Notes under the pieces: generated by a model
What the model was told of the DNA's origin: nothing
What the model saw: the letters and a program-made list of their open reading frames with translations, nothing else
Databases searched by the model: none
Position numbers and translations under genes: made by a program
Assembly: GCA_964592385.1 (NCBI GenBank)
Contig: CAZQEQ010000003.1
Span: 13,759-77,758 of the forward strand
DNA from: an uncultured candidatus Brocadiaceae bacterium
GTDB lineage: Bacteria; Planctomycetota; Brocadiia; SM23-32
Direction of reading: 5' to 3'
DNA: 64,000 nucleotides
Part shown: positions 49,287 through 57,627 of the stretch, one piece after another
How positions within the stretch are numbered: position 1 is the first letter of the stretch
Layout: each line of letters opens with the position of its first letter

Positions 49287-51716
49287 TCAAACGAGTGCCA
49301 CGCTGTAGTTGCCGCGGCGGCGGTCATTCAACTCGCCGATCTTGGAGTTGTTCCAGTTCCTGGTCCGGCTGAAGTACCCGACCACGCGGGTCATGCCGTA
49401 AACGTTATGGCTCTGGCAGTGGCCGCAGGTGCCCTTCAGGCCGGGCGTGGAGCGGTGACAGTCCTCGCAGATGGTGAACTCCGGGCTGACGGTGAGCTGC
49501 GCGGCCTGCGTGTGCCGGTACGTCTTTTCGACCAGGCTCATGATGCTGGCGGCCGGCGGGCGCTCCTCACCCACGAAGGCGTGGATTATGGCCCCGCTCT
49601 CGATGGCGCGATGGAACTTGCTCTGCAGCCGGATGCGCGTGAACAGGTCGACCGGCGCATCGGCCCGAAGGTGGATGCTGTTGGTGTAGTACATCTGGTC
49701 GTTATCTATGTCGCCCTTCAGCACGCCCTCAGCCTCGGGGAACCTGACCAGGTCCACTTTCGCCAGCCGGCGCGCGGCGCTTTCGGCGGGCGACTCCTCC
49801 AGGGCGACGCGCATGTCGTGCTTGCGGCCCAGTTGGCGGGCCTTGAACTGCATGTGCCGCACCAGGTGGAGGCCTCGGCGGATCAGCGACCTGTCCTCGT
49901 GCAGCTCCTTGCCCGTCATGTAGAACATGCACTCGTTCAGGCCGATCAGCCCGATGATGTAGGTCGCCTTCTTCAGGTCCACGTAGGGGCGCCCGTCCGG
50001 CGCTTCCTTGCCGATCTGCCACAGGGGCTTGCTCGGGTCGGTCATGAGCGAGCCGATGAACCGCTGTTTCTCCAGGTGGGCCTCCATGGCCAGCTCAATC
50101 ATGCGGTCCACTTCACCGTACAGGCCCTCGAAGTTGCCCTGGCCCGCCCGGTAGGCGGCCTGCGGCAGGTTGATCGTGATGTTCTGGAACCCGCAGAACC
50201 TCATGCTCTCCGGGTGCCGGATCATGTAGTCGTCCTTGATCGTCGTGCGCAGCCGGCAGCACGCGCTCAAGGTCACCTCGTCCCGGTCGAAGATGAAGTA
50301 CGGCACGCCGTTCTGGCTGGCTATCTGGCAGGCGTAGTCGAGTATCTCGCGCTGGGCCGGGTCCTCGAACGTCTCGTCGCTGACGTGCAGGTCGCACTTC
50401 GGGAACGCGAAGACGTTGCCGTACTGATCGCCCGCTCGCCACACGTCGAGCATCGCCTTGCAGAAGCGCTGCGCCGTCTTCTCGTAGTCGCCGTAGGTGC
50501 GCCCGTTGTAGCGGCCGGCCGGCCCGATCGCCGGGATGCTCTTCAGGTAGTTCGGCACGCCCGTGTGGACGTTGAAGTCCAGGAACAGCGTCTGCCCGCC
50601 CCGGCTGAACGCGTTCTGCGAGGAACTGAATATCAGGTGCTGCGCCTCCTGCTCCATCTCCCTGTACGACATCCCCTCCACGAACGGCGCGTAGAAGATG
50701 TTGATGTAGCCCACGCCGAGCGCGCCCGCGTAGTAAGCCTGCATCGACGCCAGGAAGGTGTTCAGGTGGCCCGTCAGCGTGCGGGCGTGCCGCGCCGGGG
50801 CGCTCGACGTGTCCAGGTTCTGAAGGTGCAGGCCATATTTCTTCAGGTATTCCAGAGAGTGGCTCGAGCAATAGACCCTCGTCGGGTAGCCCAGGTCATG
50901 GATGTGTATCTTGCCCAGCATGTGCGCCTCGCCGACGTGGTCGCTGAAGACTTCCTGGAGTGCGTACTGCTTCAGCGTGTGCTCGGCTATCGAGAGGTTG
51001 ATCGCCTCGGGGTTGTTCTGGGCGATGTTGGCGTTCTCTTTGCTCTTGCTGTGCAGTACCTGGTCCAGGTCGTACTTGGGCATGCCGATCACGGCCTGCT
51101 TGCGCAGCCGGGTCGTCAGGGACCGCTCGAACAGCTCGTTGTCCACCAGTTCCCGGATGAGTGCGGTGGAGATGCGCGTCAGGCCGCTCCTCATCACGCG
51201 CTGCTCGACGGCGGAGGCAATCTCCCTGGCCAGGGCCCGCGCCAGGTCGGCCTCCACCTCCAGGGCACGGGCGATCTTCGTCTTGTCCCACTCGATGACC
51301 TGGTCCTGCGTCTCGGTGTTGACCAGAAGCGAGATGTCCGTGGTCGTCCCTGCCCGGCGGACGGGCTTGCGCACCTGGAGGGACTGGCGGATGCGCGCGC
51401 GCTTGTCGCGATAAAGGATGTAGGCCTTGGCGGTCCTGGCGTGGCCCGTCTCAATCAGGACCTTCTCGACGACGTCCTGTATCTCCTCGATGGCCGGGGC
51501 CTCACCGTCGTACTCCCTTTCGAGCATCACGGTGACCGTCGAGGCAAGCTCTTCGGCCAGCACCCGGTCCTCGCCACCCACGGCCTGGGCCGCCTTGAAG
51601 ATCGCGTTGGCTATCTTGGTCTCATCAAATGGGACGAGGCCCCCGTCCCGTTTCCTGACTTGCTGGATGATCGAACGGCGGTTCTGTTCCTGCGTTGCGT
51701 CCATCTCAACGGACAT
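49287..51716 (-). CDS. nrdD: Anaerobic ribonucleoside-triphosphate reductase (class III)
   Basis: Second ATG (51716) chosen because of RBS spacing. N-terminal ATP-cone, a central ten-strand barrel, a C-terminal Zn-ribbon (CxxC...CxxC), and a glycyl-radical motif RVVGYF near the end. Confidence 0.9.
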   Translation of the reverse strand: MSVEMDATQEQNRRSIIQQVRKRDGGLVPFDETKIANAIFKAAQAVGGEDRVLAEELASTVTVMLEREYDGEAPAIEEIQDVVEKVLIETGHARTAKAYILYRDKRARIRQSLQVRKPVRRAGTTTDISLLVNTETQDQVIEWDKTKIARALEVEADLARALAREIASAVEQRVMRSGLTRISTALIRELVDNELFERSLTTRLRKQAVIGMPKYDLDQVLHSKSKENANIAQNNPEAINLSIAEHTLKQYALQEVFSDHVGEAHMLGKIHIHDLGYPTRVYCSSHSLEYLKKYGLHLQNLDTSSAPARHARTLTGHLNTFLASMQAYYAGALGVGYINIFYAPFVEGMSYREMEQEAQHLIFSSSQNAFSRGGQTLFLDFNVHTGVPNYLKSIPAIGPAGRYNGRTYGDYEKTAQRFCKAMLDVWRAGDQYGNVFAFPKCDLHVSDETFEDPAQREILDYACQIASQNGVPYFIFDRDEVTLSACCRLRTTIKDDYMIRHPESMRFCGFQNITINLPQAAYRAGQGNFEGLYGEVDRMIELAMEAHLEKQRFIGSLMTDPSKPLWQIGKEAPDGRPYVDLKKATYIIGLIGLNECMFYMTGKELHEDRSLIRRGLHLVRHMQFKARQLGRKHDMRVALEESPAESAARRLAKVDLVRFPEAEGVLKGDIDNDQMYYTNSIHLRADAPVDLFTRIRLQSKFHRAIESGAIIHAFVGEERPPAASIMSLVEKTYRHTQAAQLTVSPEFTICEDCHRSTPGLKGTCGHCQSHNVYGMTRVVGYFSRTRNWNNSKIGELNDRRRGNYSVALV

Positions 51717-51773
51717 TTCCATGCTCCCACGTGCTCACACAGGCTGACCTCTCGAAAGCAGTCTGCTCCTGGC

Positions 51774-52256
51774 TCAAGTGCTCGTCTGGCCGGATCCGTC
51801 CGACGCCGATCTCAGGACCGTGTCCGCCTCCTCCACGAAGTCGGAGACGTCTTTGAACTCGCGGTAAACCGACGCGAAGCGGATGTACGCCACATGGTCC
51901 AGGTCTCGCAGCTTCGCCATGGCGAGTTCGCCGATGCGACGGGATGGGACTTCGCCCTCGTACTCCCGGTGCAGTTCACGCTCGATAGCTTCGGCCAGTT
52001 CCGTGATCCGCTCGGCGGGAATGGGGCGCTTGTAGCAGGCCCTGTGCAGGCCCTCCAGCACCTTCCGCAGGTCGAAGTCCTCGCGGTTGCCGTCCTTCTT
52101 CACGACGCGCAATACGCTTTCCTCGATGCGTTCGTAAGTCGTATACCGCCGACCACAGGCGCCACACTCCCGACGTCGCTTCACGTATGTGCCGTCATTG
52201 CTGGGACGAGAGTTTACGACCCTGTCGTCGTCTTCCTTGCAGTAAGGACAGCGCAC
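51774..52256 (-). CDS. nrdR: Transcriptional repressor NrdR
   Basis: MRCPYCK...C..C zinc ribbon plus an ATP-cone. GTG start. Confidence 0.9.
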   Translation of the reverse strand: MRCPYCKEDDDRVVNSRPSNDGTYVKRRRECGACGRRYTTYERIEESVLRVVKKDGNREDFDLRKVLEGLHRACYKRPIPAERITELAEAIERELHREYEGEVPSRRIGELAMAKLRDLDHVAYIRFASVYREFKDVSDFVEEADTVLRSASDGSGQTST

Positions 52257-52334
52257 CGAGGAACCCCCGCGCTATCAGCATAAGCCCTGTTCCCAAGCGA
52301 CCTTACGAGCACTTAACTGTCAAGAACAGCTATG

Positions 52335-52384
52335 CTACATGTAGAACAAAGGGGTATAATAACGTCCAACATATGGTAAGTCAA
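52335..52384 (-). promoter_or_regulatory. Sigma70-type promoter (TTGACT-17-TATTAT) of the nrdR operon, overlapped by two NrdR-box-like palindromes
   Basis: Minus-strand -35 at 52384..52379 and -10 at 52361..52356. Palindromes CATATG (52370-75, inside the spacer) and CTACATGTAG (52335-44, just downstream of the TSS) have centres 33 bp apart. The region is an AT-rich island in a GC-rich genome. Confidence 0.4.
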
Positions 52385-52683
52385 GCCCATTTTTGGCCCA
52401 AAGAGCGCTTTTCGTGAGATTCCGGCAAGAACGCCTCGCACACACCCGTCGGCGCCGCACCTAAAGGGTTGCAGACACGGGGCTTAGCTTCCCAGGCCAT
52501 CTCCCGGTCGCGGCGCCCGTCATGTCTGTCCCGGGGAAGATTTCGTCCCCGGCAAAAGCAACCGCCCTCCGCCCGATTCACGCGCGGCGGGGCCTCGGGC
52601 GCAGGCGTCAGCGGTTGATTTGAGCGCAGACCGGGGCGAGAATGCAAATTTGGAACCTCCTCTCACCGAAGGGAGACATGACC

Positions 52684-53661
52684 ATGGCACCCGGCAACAA
52701 CCAGCAGCCCCCCTCCCCCGCGCACGGGGGGGCCTTCGACGCCGCCTTCCCCTACAGGGACAGCCTGCCCGGCGTCGTCAATGACATCCTGGAGGAAATA
52801 GACAAGCGCGACACCGTCCAGCACGTCTGCGAGCACCCCCTGCCCAGCGAGGAGCAGGTCATCCGCATCCTCAACCTGCTTACCGAGGCCCTCTTTCCGG
52901 GCTACTTCGGCAAGAAGGGCCTGAGCCGGGCGAACCTCGCCTTCCACGTGGGCGAGACGCTCAACGTGGTCTATGACCTGCTGGCCGCGGAGATCGGCGA
53001 TTGCCTAATGCACGAGCGCCACACCGGAGGCCACGAGGACCGGCACGCGCACGACCAGGAGGCGCAGGAACAGGCGTTCCGCTTCCTTCAGAAGCTCCCC
53101 GCGCTGCTCGACCTGCTCGACGGCGACGTGCGCGCCGCCTTCCAGGGCGATCCCGCGGCGACCGGCTACGACGAGATCATCTTCTGCTATCCCGGCTTCC
53201 GCGCGATCATGATCCACCGCATCGCCCACGAGCTCCACGTGCAGGGCGTCAGCTGGCTGCCGCGCATCATGACCGAGCACGCCCACCGCATCACGGGCAT
53301 CGACATCCACCCCGGCGCGACGATAGGCCGCAGCTTCTTCATCGACCACGGCACCGGCGTGGTCATCGGCGAGACGAGCGAGATCGGCGAGCGCGTGCGG
53401 ATGTACCAGGGCGTGACGCTCGGCGGCTACCGCTTCAAGACCGACGAGGAAGGCGCGCTCCTGCGCGGCTACAAGCGCCACCCGACCATCGAAGACGACG
53501 TGATCATCTACTCCAACGCCAGCATCCTCGGGCCGGTCACGGTGGGCAAGGGGTCAATAATCGGGGCGAACGTTTTCCTGACGCACTCCGTCGAGCCGGG
53601 CACGCAGGTCACCATCGAGACCCCGCGCCACCGCCTGCGCCAGCGGGAGAGCCCTGAGTAG
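52684..53661 (+). CDS. cysE: Serine O-acetyltransferase
   Basis: Start at MAPGNN..., 8 nt after AAGGGAG. N-terminal SATase helical domain and a C-terminal left-handed beta-helix with hexapeptide repeats (DIHPGATIG, GVTLGG). Confidence 0.85.
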   Translation: MAPGNNQQPPSPAHGGAFDAAFPYRDSLPGVVNDILEEIDKRDTVQHVCEHPLPSEEQVIRILNLLTEALFPGYFGKKGLSRANLAFHVGETLNVVYDLLAAEIGDCLMHERHTGGHEDRHAHDQEAQEQAFRFLQKLPALLDLLDGDVRAAFQGDPAATGYDEIIFCYPGFRAIMIHRIAHELHVQGVSWLPRIMTEHAHRITGIDIHPGATIGRSFFIDHGTGVVIGETSEIGERVRMYQGVTLGGYRFKTDEEGALLRGYKRHPTIEDDVIIYSNASILGPVTVGKGSIIGANVFLTHSVEPGTQVTIETPRHRLRQRESPE

Positions 53662-53792
53662 CGCGACCACGCGGGCCGTCGGTGTGTGGCGCGGCCGCCC
53701 CCGGCCGCGAGACCCTCAGGCGAGGGCGCCTGAGCCACATGTGAAGGCCTGAGCTAAGCCAGGGCGCCTGAGCCACGCGACGGCGCCGGCGC

Positions 53793-54680
53793 TCACCGCG
53801 CGTCCATAGCCTGCATCCTGCGCAATTCGAGCGCCTCGTAGCGCTTCCGCGCCACCGGCAACATGCCGCCGGGGATGACCGTCACCAGCACGCCCAGCAG
53901 CAGGAGCGGGTAGTAGACGGCGTACGGCTGCGAGCACGCCAGGGCGACGACGCCGGCGATCAGCGAGATGACGCCGCACGCGACCGCAGCGACCAGGAGT
54001 CCCCGGACCAGCCGCCGGGCCACACCCAGCCCCATTACCACGCCCAACAGCGCGCCCAGGCAGCCGAACGCGCCCCCGGCCAGTCCGCCGATCAGGCCGC
54101 CGGTCCGGTCGTCCCACCACTGGCCGGCGGCCGGCGGCGCTTCCAGTGCCTCCAGCGGCCCTTCTCCCGGCTGCGTCAGGCGTAGCGGGCCGAGGAATAC
54201 GGTGCCCCGCCCGGGCAGCACGACGTTCACCTGCAACTTCTCCGGCCGCCGGTCGGCGCCCTCAATGGAGAACGGCAGCGTGAACAGCCGCCACCCGGAC
54301 GTGCCCTCCAACTGCCCCATCGGGCCGCTCTCGCCGAGCGTCCTGGAGAAGTAATGCCCGCCGTCCGGGAAGAAGCTCCACATCTCCAGGAAACCCCTGT
54401 CCTCCAGGCCCTCGCAGCGCACCTGGCCCGAGATGGCGTAACTCGAAGCGGTGACGCCGGGCGCCTCGACCTCGAGGACCTGGGCCGCCATGAGCTCGCT
54501 CTCGGGGTTGACGACCTTCAGACACTCGAAGTCCGTCTCGGCGTCCGGCGGGAGGACCTCGCCGCTGTCGAGCCTGCCCTCCTCCTTCAAGCGCGACCAG
54601 GAGAACTCCATGAGGAGTTCCTCCGCCCGAGCCGCCCCCGCGCCGACCAGCAATGCAACCACAATCGCCCATGCCCTCAT
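53793..54680 (-). CDS. Membrane protein, paralog A: signal peptide, ~190-aa extracytoplasmic domain, 3 C-terminal TM helices, conserved cytoplasmic tail ELRRMQAMDA
   Basis: Start at MRAWAIVVALLVGAGAARA after GGAGGG. Clear paralogy with the gene at 56419..57261 (shared blocks F.W.RL, YAI.GQ.R.E, LE.W...PDG, G.W..F.L.F, LPG.GT..LG.L, and tail ELRRM.AMDA). No known family recognised. Confidence 0.6.
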   Translation of the reverse strand: MRAWAIVVALLVGAGAARAEELLMEFSWSRLKEEGRLDSGEVLPPDAETDFECLKVVNPESELMAAQVLEVEAPGVTASSYAISGQVRCEGLEDRGFLEMWSFFPDGGHYFSRTLGESGPMGQLEGTSGWRLFTLPFSIEGADRRPEKLQVNVVLPGRGTVFLGPLRLTQPGEGPLEALEAPPAAGQWWDDRTGGLIGGLAGGAFGCLGALLGVVMGLGVARRLVRGLLVAAVACGVISLIAGVVALACSQPYAVYYPLLLLGVLVTVIPGGMLPVARKRYEALELRRMQAMDAR

Positions 54681-54739
54681 CTCATCCCTCCATTTCCCGC
54701 CGGTGCACCGCGGGCAGTCGCAGAACCATTCACCGGGGG

Positions 54740-56362
54740 CTACCGCTTCTTGAGCACTATCTTGCCGTCGCGGATCTCGTACGTCAGCCCCTTGGGACCG
54801 AGGATCTCTCCAAGCGCTTGCTGGCACGGCACGTTCACAATGTGCGGCGTTATCCACACGCGGCAGGTCGGGTTCGTATTCTTGTAGGAAGCGTCCCAGT
54901 TGTAGGCCAACCCCGCCTGTTTGGCGATCGCAATCACAGCGTACTGGACGGCCATCTTGTCCGTGCGAGCCCCTTTGTAACTCTCCGGGTACGGTGCGGT
55001 CAGGGAGACCCGCTTGGTGAGCGCCTGGTGCACGGACACGGGCTCCTTCGTTAGCACGAGCGCGTTGCCCCGGATTTCGTAAGTCAGCCCCTTCGGACCC
55101 AGTATCTGTTCGAGCGCCTCATGGCACGGCACGTTCACAATGTGCGGCGTTATCCAGACGCGGCAGGTGGGGTTGGTATTCTCGTACGAAGTGGTCCAAT
55201 CGTAGCCCAGCCCGACCTCTTTTGCGATTGCCGTGACGGCATCCTGCACCGACATCTTGTCAGGGACGCAGTCCTTGTGAACCATCGGGTACGGCGCAGT
55301 CAGAGAAACCGGTTTCATCAGCGCCTGCCGGACGCCATCCGAGCCGGCCGGCGGCGCGCCGGTCGCGCGGCCCGGAGCAGCCGGCGTTTGCCGTGGCTCG
55401 CCCGAATCAGAGGCCGGTTCTAACTCGGCAACGGCTGTCTCCTCGGACGCCGCCACCAACACTTCGCCGGTCCGCACCTTCACCACGCGCGCGTGGACTT
55501 CCATCATCCCGGGCGCCTTCTTCACGACAGAGCCCGTCACGACGGCGTAGGCGCCGGCGAGCTTGCCAAGCTTCTCGGCCGTCTCGGCGTCCACCAGGCC
55601 CGTGTGCTGGAGGGCCAGCTCGGAGAGCACGCCGTCAAGCTGCTTCCGCTCGACCAGGGGCAGGCCGCGGTCGGCGAAGGTCGTCGCCCATTCGTCCCGC
55701 AGGCGGCGGGCCGGCCCGGCAAGTTCCGCGTCGCCCGCGCTCAACGGGAGCACCGCGAGCGCCTTGCACGCCGCGTCCACCTTGACCCGGTCGCCGGGCT
55801 GGATGTCCGCCTCCAGGTGGCTGTCCCTCCTGCCCTTGGCGAACTTCTCCTCGGCCTCCGTCACGGTTAGTTCGGCAATGAGGGCCTGCACTGCGCCCAG
55901 CTCCTCGCCCGTCTCGGGATCAATGAGCGCCTCGCCCTCGCGATAGACTCTTAACCGGTCCTCGAGCTCGATGCCGTTCCTTGAGCCCAGGTTCACGTAC
56001 ACGCTGGTCGGAGTCACCCTGACGACCTGTCCGGCCGCCGTCACCTTCACGGCCTGCCCCAGCCGCCACGCCAGGTAGGGAGCAAGACCCGCCCACTTTA
56101 CGGCCTCCTCGGTGGTTATGTCGCGCTCCAGCCTGCGAACGCTGTCCTGAGGCATGCTCGATTCCTTGCCCGTCTCGATATCCAGGAACTGGAGTATCTC
56201 CTCCTCAGCATCGGACAGGTCCACCACGTAAACCTGGCCCGACTTGCTCACTATCTTGGAGAGCGAGGGCGCGGGCTGCTCCTCGGCGCCCCGCACCGGC
56301 GAGAACCCAACCAGGCCAACGACGATGCACACGAAGGCCGCTGAAATCCGTACGCGTCCCAT
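54740..56362 (-). CDS. Secreted protein with two C-terminal tandem STN-like (secretin/TonB N-terminal-type) domains
   Basis: Start at MGRVRISAAFVCIVVGLVGF (signal peptide) after GGGAGG. The C-terminal ~200 aa are two ~100-aa repeats (…DAVTAIAKEVGLGYDW…RVWITPHIVNVPCHEALEQILGPKGLTYEIRGNALVL), matching the STN-domain pattern. Confidence 0.6.
   Translation of the reverse strand: MGRVRISAAFVCIVVGLVGFSPVRGAEEQPAPSLSKIVSKSGQVYVVDLSDAEEEILQFLDIETGKESSMPQDSVRRLERDITTEEAVKWAGLAPYLAWRLGQAVKVTAAGQVVRVTPTSVYVNLGSRNGIELEDRLRVYREGEALIDPETGEELGAVQALIAELTVTEAEEKFAKGRRDSHLEADIQPGDRVKVDAACKALAVLPLSAGDAELAGPARRLRDEWATTFADRGLPLVERKQLDGVLSELALQHTGLVDAETAEKLGKLAGAYAVVTGSVVKKAPGMMEVHARVVKVRTGEVLVAASEETAVAELEPASDSGEPRQTPAAPGRATGAPPAGSDGVRQALMKPVSLTAPYPMVHKDCVPDKMSVQDAVTAIAKEVGLGYDWTTSYENTNPTCRVWITPHIVNVPCHEALEQILGPKGLTYEIRGNALVLTKEPVSVHQALTKRVSLTAPYPESYKGARTDKMAVQYAVIAIAKQAGLAYNWDASYKNTNPTCRVWITPHIVNVPCQQALGEILGPKGLTYEIRDGKIVLKKR
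54762..55320 (-). repeat. Intragenic tandem direct repeat (2 x ~280 bp, ~303-bp period, high nucleotide identity)
   Basis: Near-identical DNA blocks (…TGGCACGGCACGTTCACAATGTGCGGCGTTATCCA[C/G]ACGCGGCAGGT…) are visible twice. They encode the two STN-like domains. Confidence 0.75.
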
Positions 56363-56418
56363 ATTCTGTGCCTCCCACAATGACGTCCAGACTCCCATGG
56401 ACCCCTTCGCCCGCCGCC

Positions 56419-57261
56419 TTACATTGCGTCCATTGCTTTCATCCGCCGCAGCTCCCTGTCGCGCAGTGAGCGCCTGAGGCGCCAGAGGCCCACCGCCGCC
56501 GGCAGCGCCAGAACCGCGCCCAACACCCAGAGGGACACCCGAAGGGCGCCGGCCCCGACCGCGAATCCGAGCCCCGCGCCGCCCAACCCCGCCAGCAGCA
56601 ATAGCGCCAGCAGGCCCGCCGCGAAGCCCCGCGCCCGGCCGCGAGTCGTCTGCCAGAAGACAAGGCCATGAGCAGCAACCGCCGCAACCGCCAGGCACCA
56701 CACGACGTAAACCGCGGAGCGCGATTCGAGCAACGAGGGCCTTTCAGCGGGGTACGCGACAACGCTCAGCGCCCCCAGCACCAGCGTCCCCCCGCCCGGA
56801 AAGACCGCGCTTAGCACCAGCCTGTCCGGCGTCTTCGCCGGGTCGTCCGCAGCGAATTCAAGGGCAAAGGACCGCCACTCGCCCGTGCCGCTGAAGGCGC
56901 GGGCGGGGCCCGAGCTTTGGTCCGTTCTGGTCACCCTCGTCTCCCCGTCGGGCAGCACGGCCCAGGCTTCCAGGCAAGCCCGACCCTCCACGTTCTCGTG
57001 CCGGAGTTGACCGGTTATCGCGTACTTGGCCCCGGTGATCCCGGGACGTCCGATGGTCAGTATCTCGACGGTGGAGGGGCCGCGGCCCGGCGCCGCGACC
57101 AGCAGCCGGCTGAACGGGGTTCCCGCGTCCGGCTCGATCACAACCCCCTGGGCCAGTTCCATGCCGTCCCCGAGGCGGTCCCACTGCACCTCTCGGACCA
57201 CCTCCTCGGCCGTGCAGAGGCTGCTGCACGCCAACAAGCCGCTGATCAGCAGTCCCCTCAT
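56419..57261 (-). CDS. Membrane protein, paralog B (same architecture as 53793..54680)
   Basis: Lipoprotein-like signal peptide (LLACSSLC), an extracytoplasmic domain, 3 TM helices, and a C-terminal tail RELRRMKAMDAM. Start overlaps the stop of the upstream DUF2089-like gene (ATGA). Confidence 0.6.
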   Translation of the reverse strand: MRGLLISGLLACSSLCTAEEVVREVQWDRLGDGMELAQGVVIEPDAGTPFSRLLVAAPGRGPSTVEILTIGRPGITGAKYAITGQLRHENVEGRACLEAWAVLPDGETRVTRTDQSSGPARAFSGTGEWRSFALEFAADDPAKTPDRLVLSAVFPGGGTLVLGALSVVAYPAERPSLLESRSAVYVVWCLAVAAVAAHGLVFWQTTRGRARGFAAGLLALLLLAGLGGAGLGFAVGAGALRVSLWVLGAVLALPAAVGLWRLRRSLRDRELRRMKAMDAM

Positions 57262-57566
57262 TCCTCCGCTCCCATCTCCCTGCGGTGCACCGTTAGCAGT
57301 TCTCTCAGCGCCGCCATCTCCAGCCTGCCGTCGGCATAGAGGGCACGAAGGAGGCGCTCGAAGTCGCTGGTGATCTCGCGGTCGTCGAGGACCTTGACCT
57401 TGGCGATGAGGCGGTCCAGCCGGCGCCTGACCGTGGGGTAGGAGACGCCGTACGTCTCGGCCAGGGCCTTCAGCGAGCCGCTTGCCAGGACGAACCGCTT
57501 GATGAAGGTCAGGTCCTCGTCGCCGAGGCCCTCGATCCAGCGCCCCGTTTCGAGTCGGTCAGACAT
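57258..57566 (-). CDS. DUF2089-family helix-turn-helix protein (short form lacking the N-terminal Zn-ribbon)
   Basis: 102 aa with DLTFIKRFVLASGSLKALAETYGVSYPTVRRRLDRL, matching the DUF2089 C-terminal HTH signature (…EFIK.F….G..K…..LGISYPTVR.RLD). First gene of the four-gene operon. Confidence 0.55.
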   Translation of the reverse strand: MSDRLETGRWIEGLGDEDLTFIKRFVLASGSLKALAETYGVSYPTVRRRLDRLIAKVKVLDDREITSDFERLLRALYADGRLEMAALRELLTVHRREMGAEE

Positions 57567-57599
57567 GCCGGCGGTTCCATTTATCGAATAGACGCATCA

Positions 57600-57627
57600 A
57601 TTATACTGTTCATAAATCGCAAGTCAA
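57600..57627 (-). promoter_or_regulatory. Near-consensus sigma70 promoter (TTGACT-16-TATAAT) for the DUF2089 operon
   Basis: Minus-strand -35 at 57627..57622 and -10 at 57605..57600, with an AT-rich UP-like tract upstream. Lies 34 nt upstream of the gene start. Confidence 0.45.

Noticed and set aside
49407-52283. 958-aa plus-strand ORF spanning the nrdD-nrdR region
   Set aside because: Antisense to the nrd operon, whose genes have unambiguous Zn-ribbon, ATP-cone and glycyl-radical motifs.
52355-52360. Plus-strand perfect TATAAT hexamer in the nrdR upstream island
   Set aside because: It is the complement-overlap of the better-supported minus-strand TATTAT -10. No acceptable plus-strand -35 precedes it, and there is no nearby plus-strand gene.
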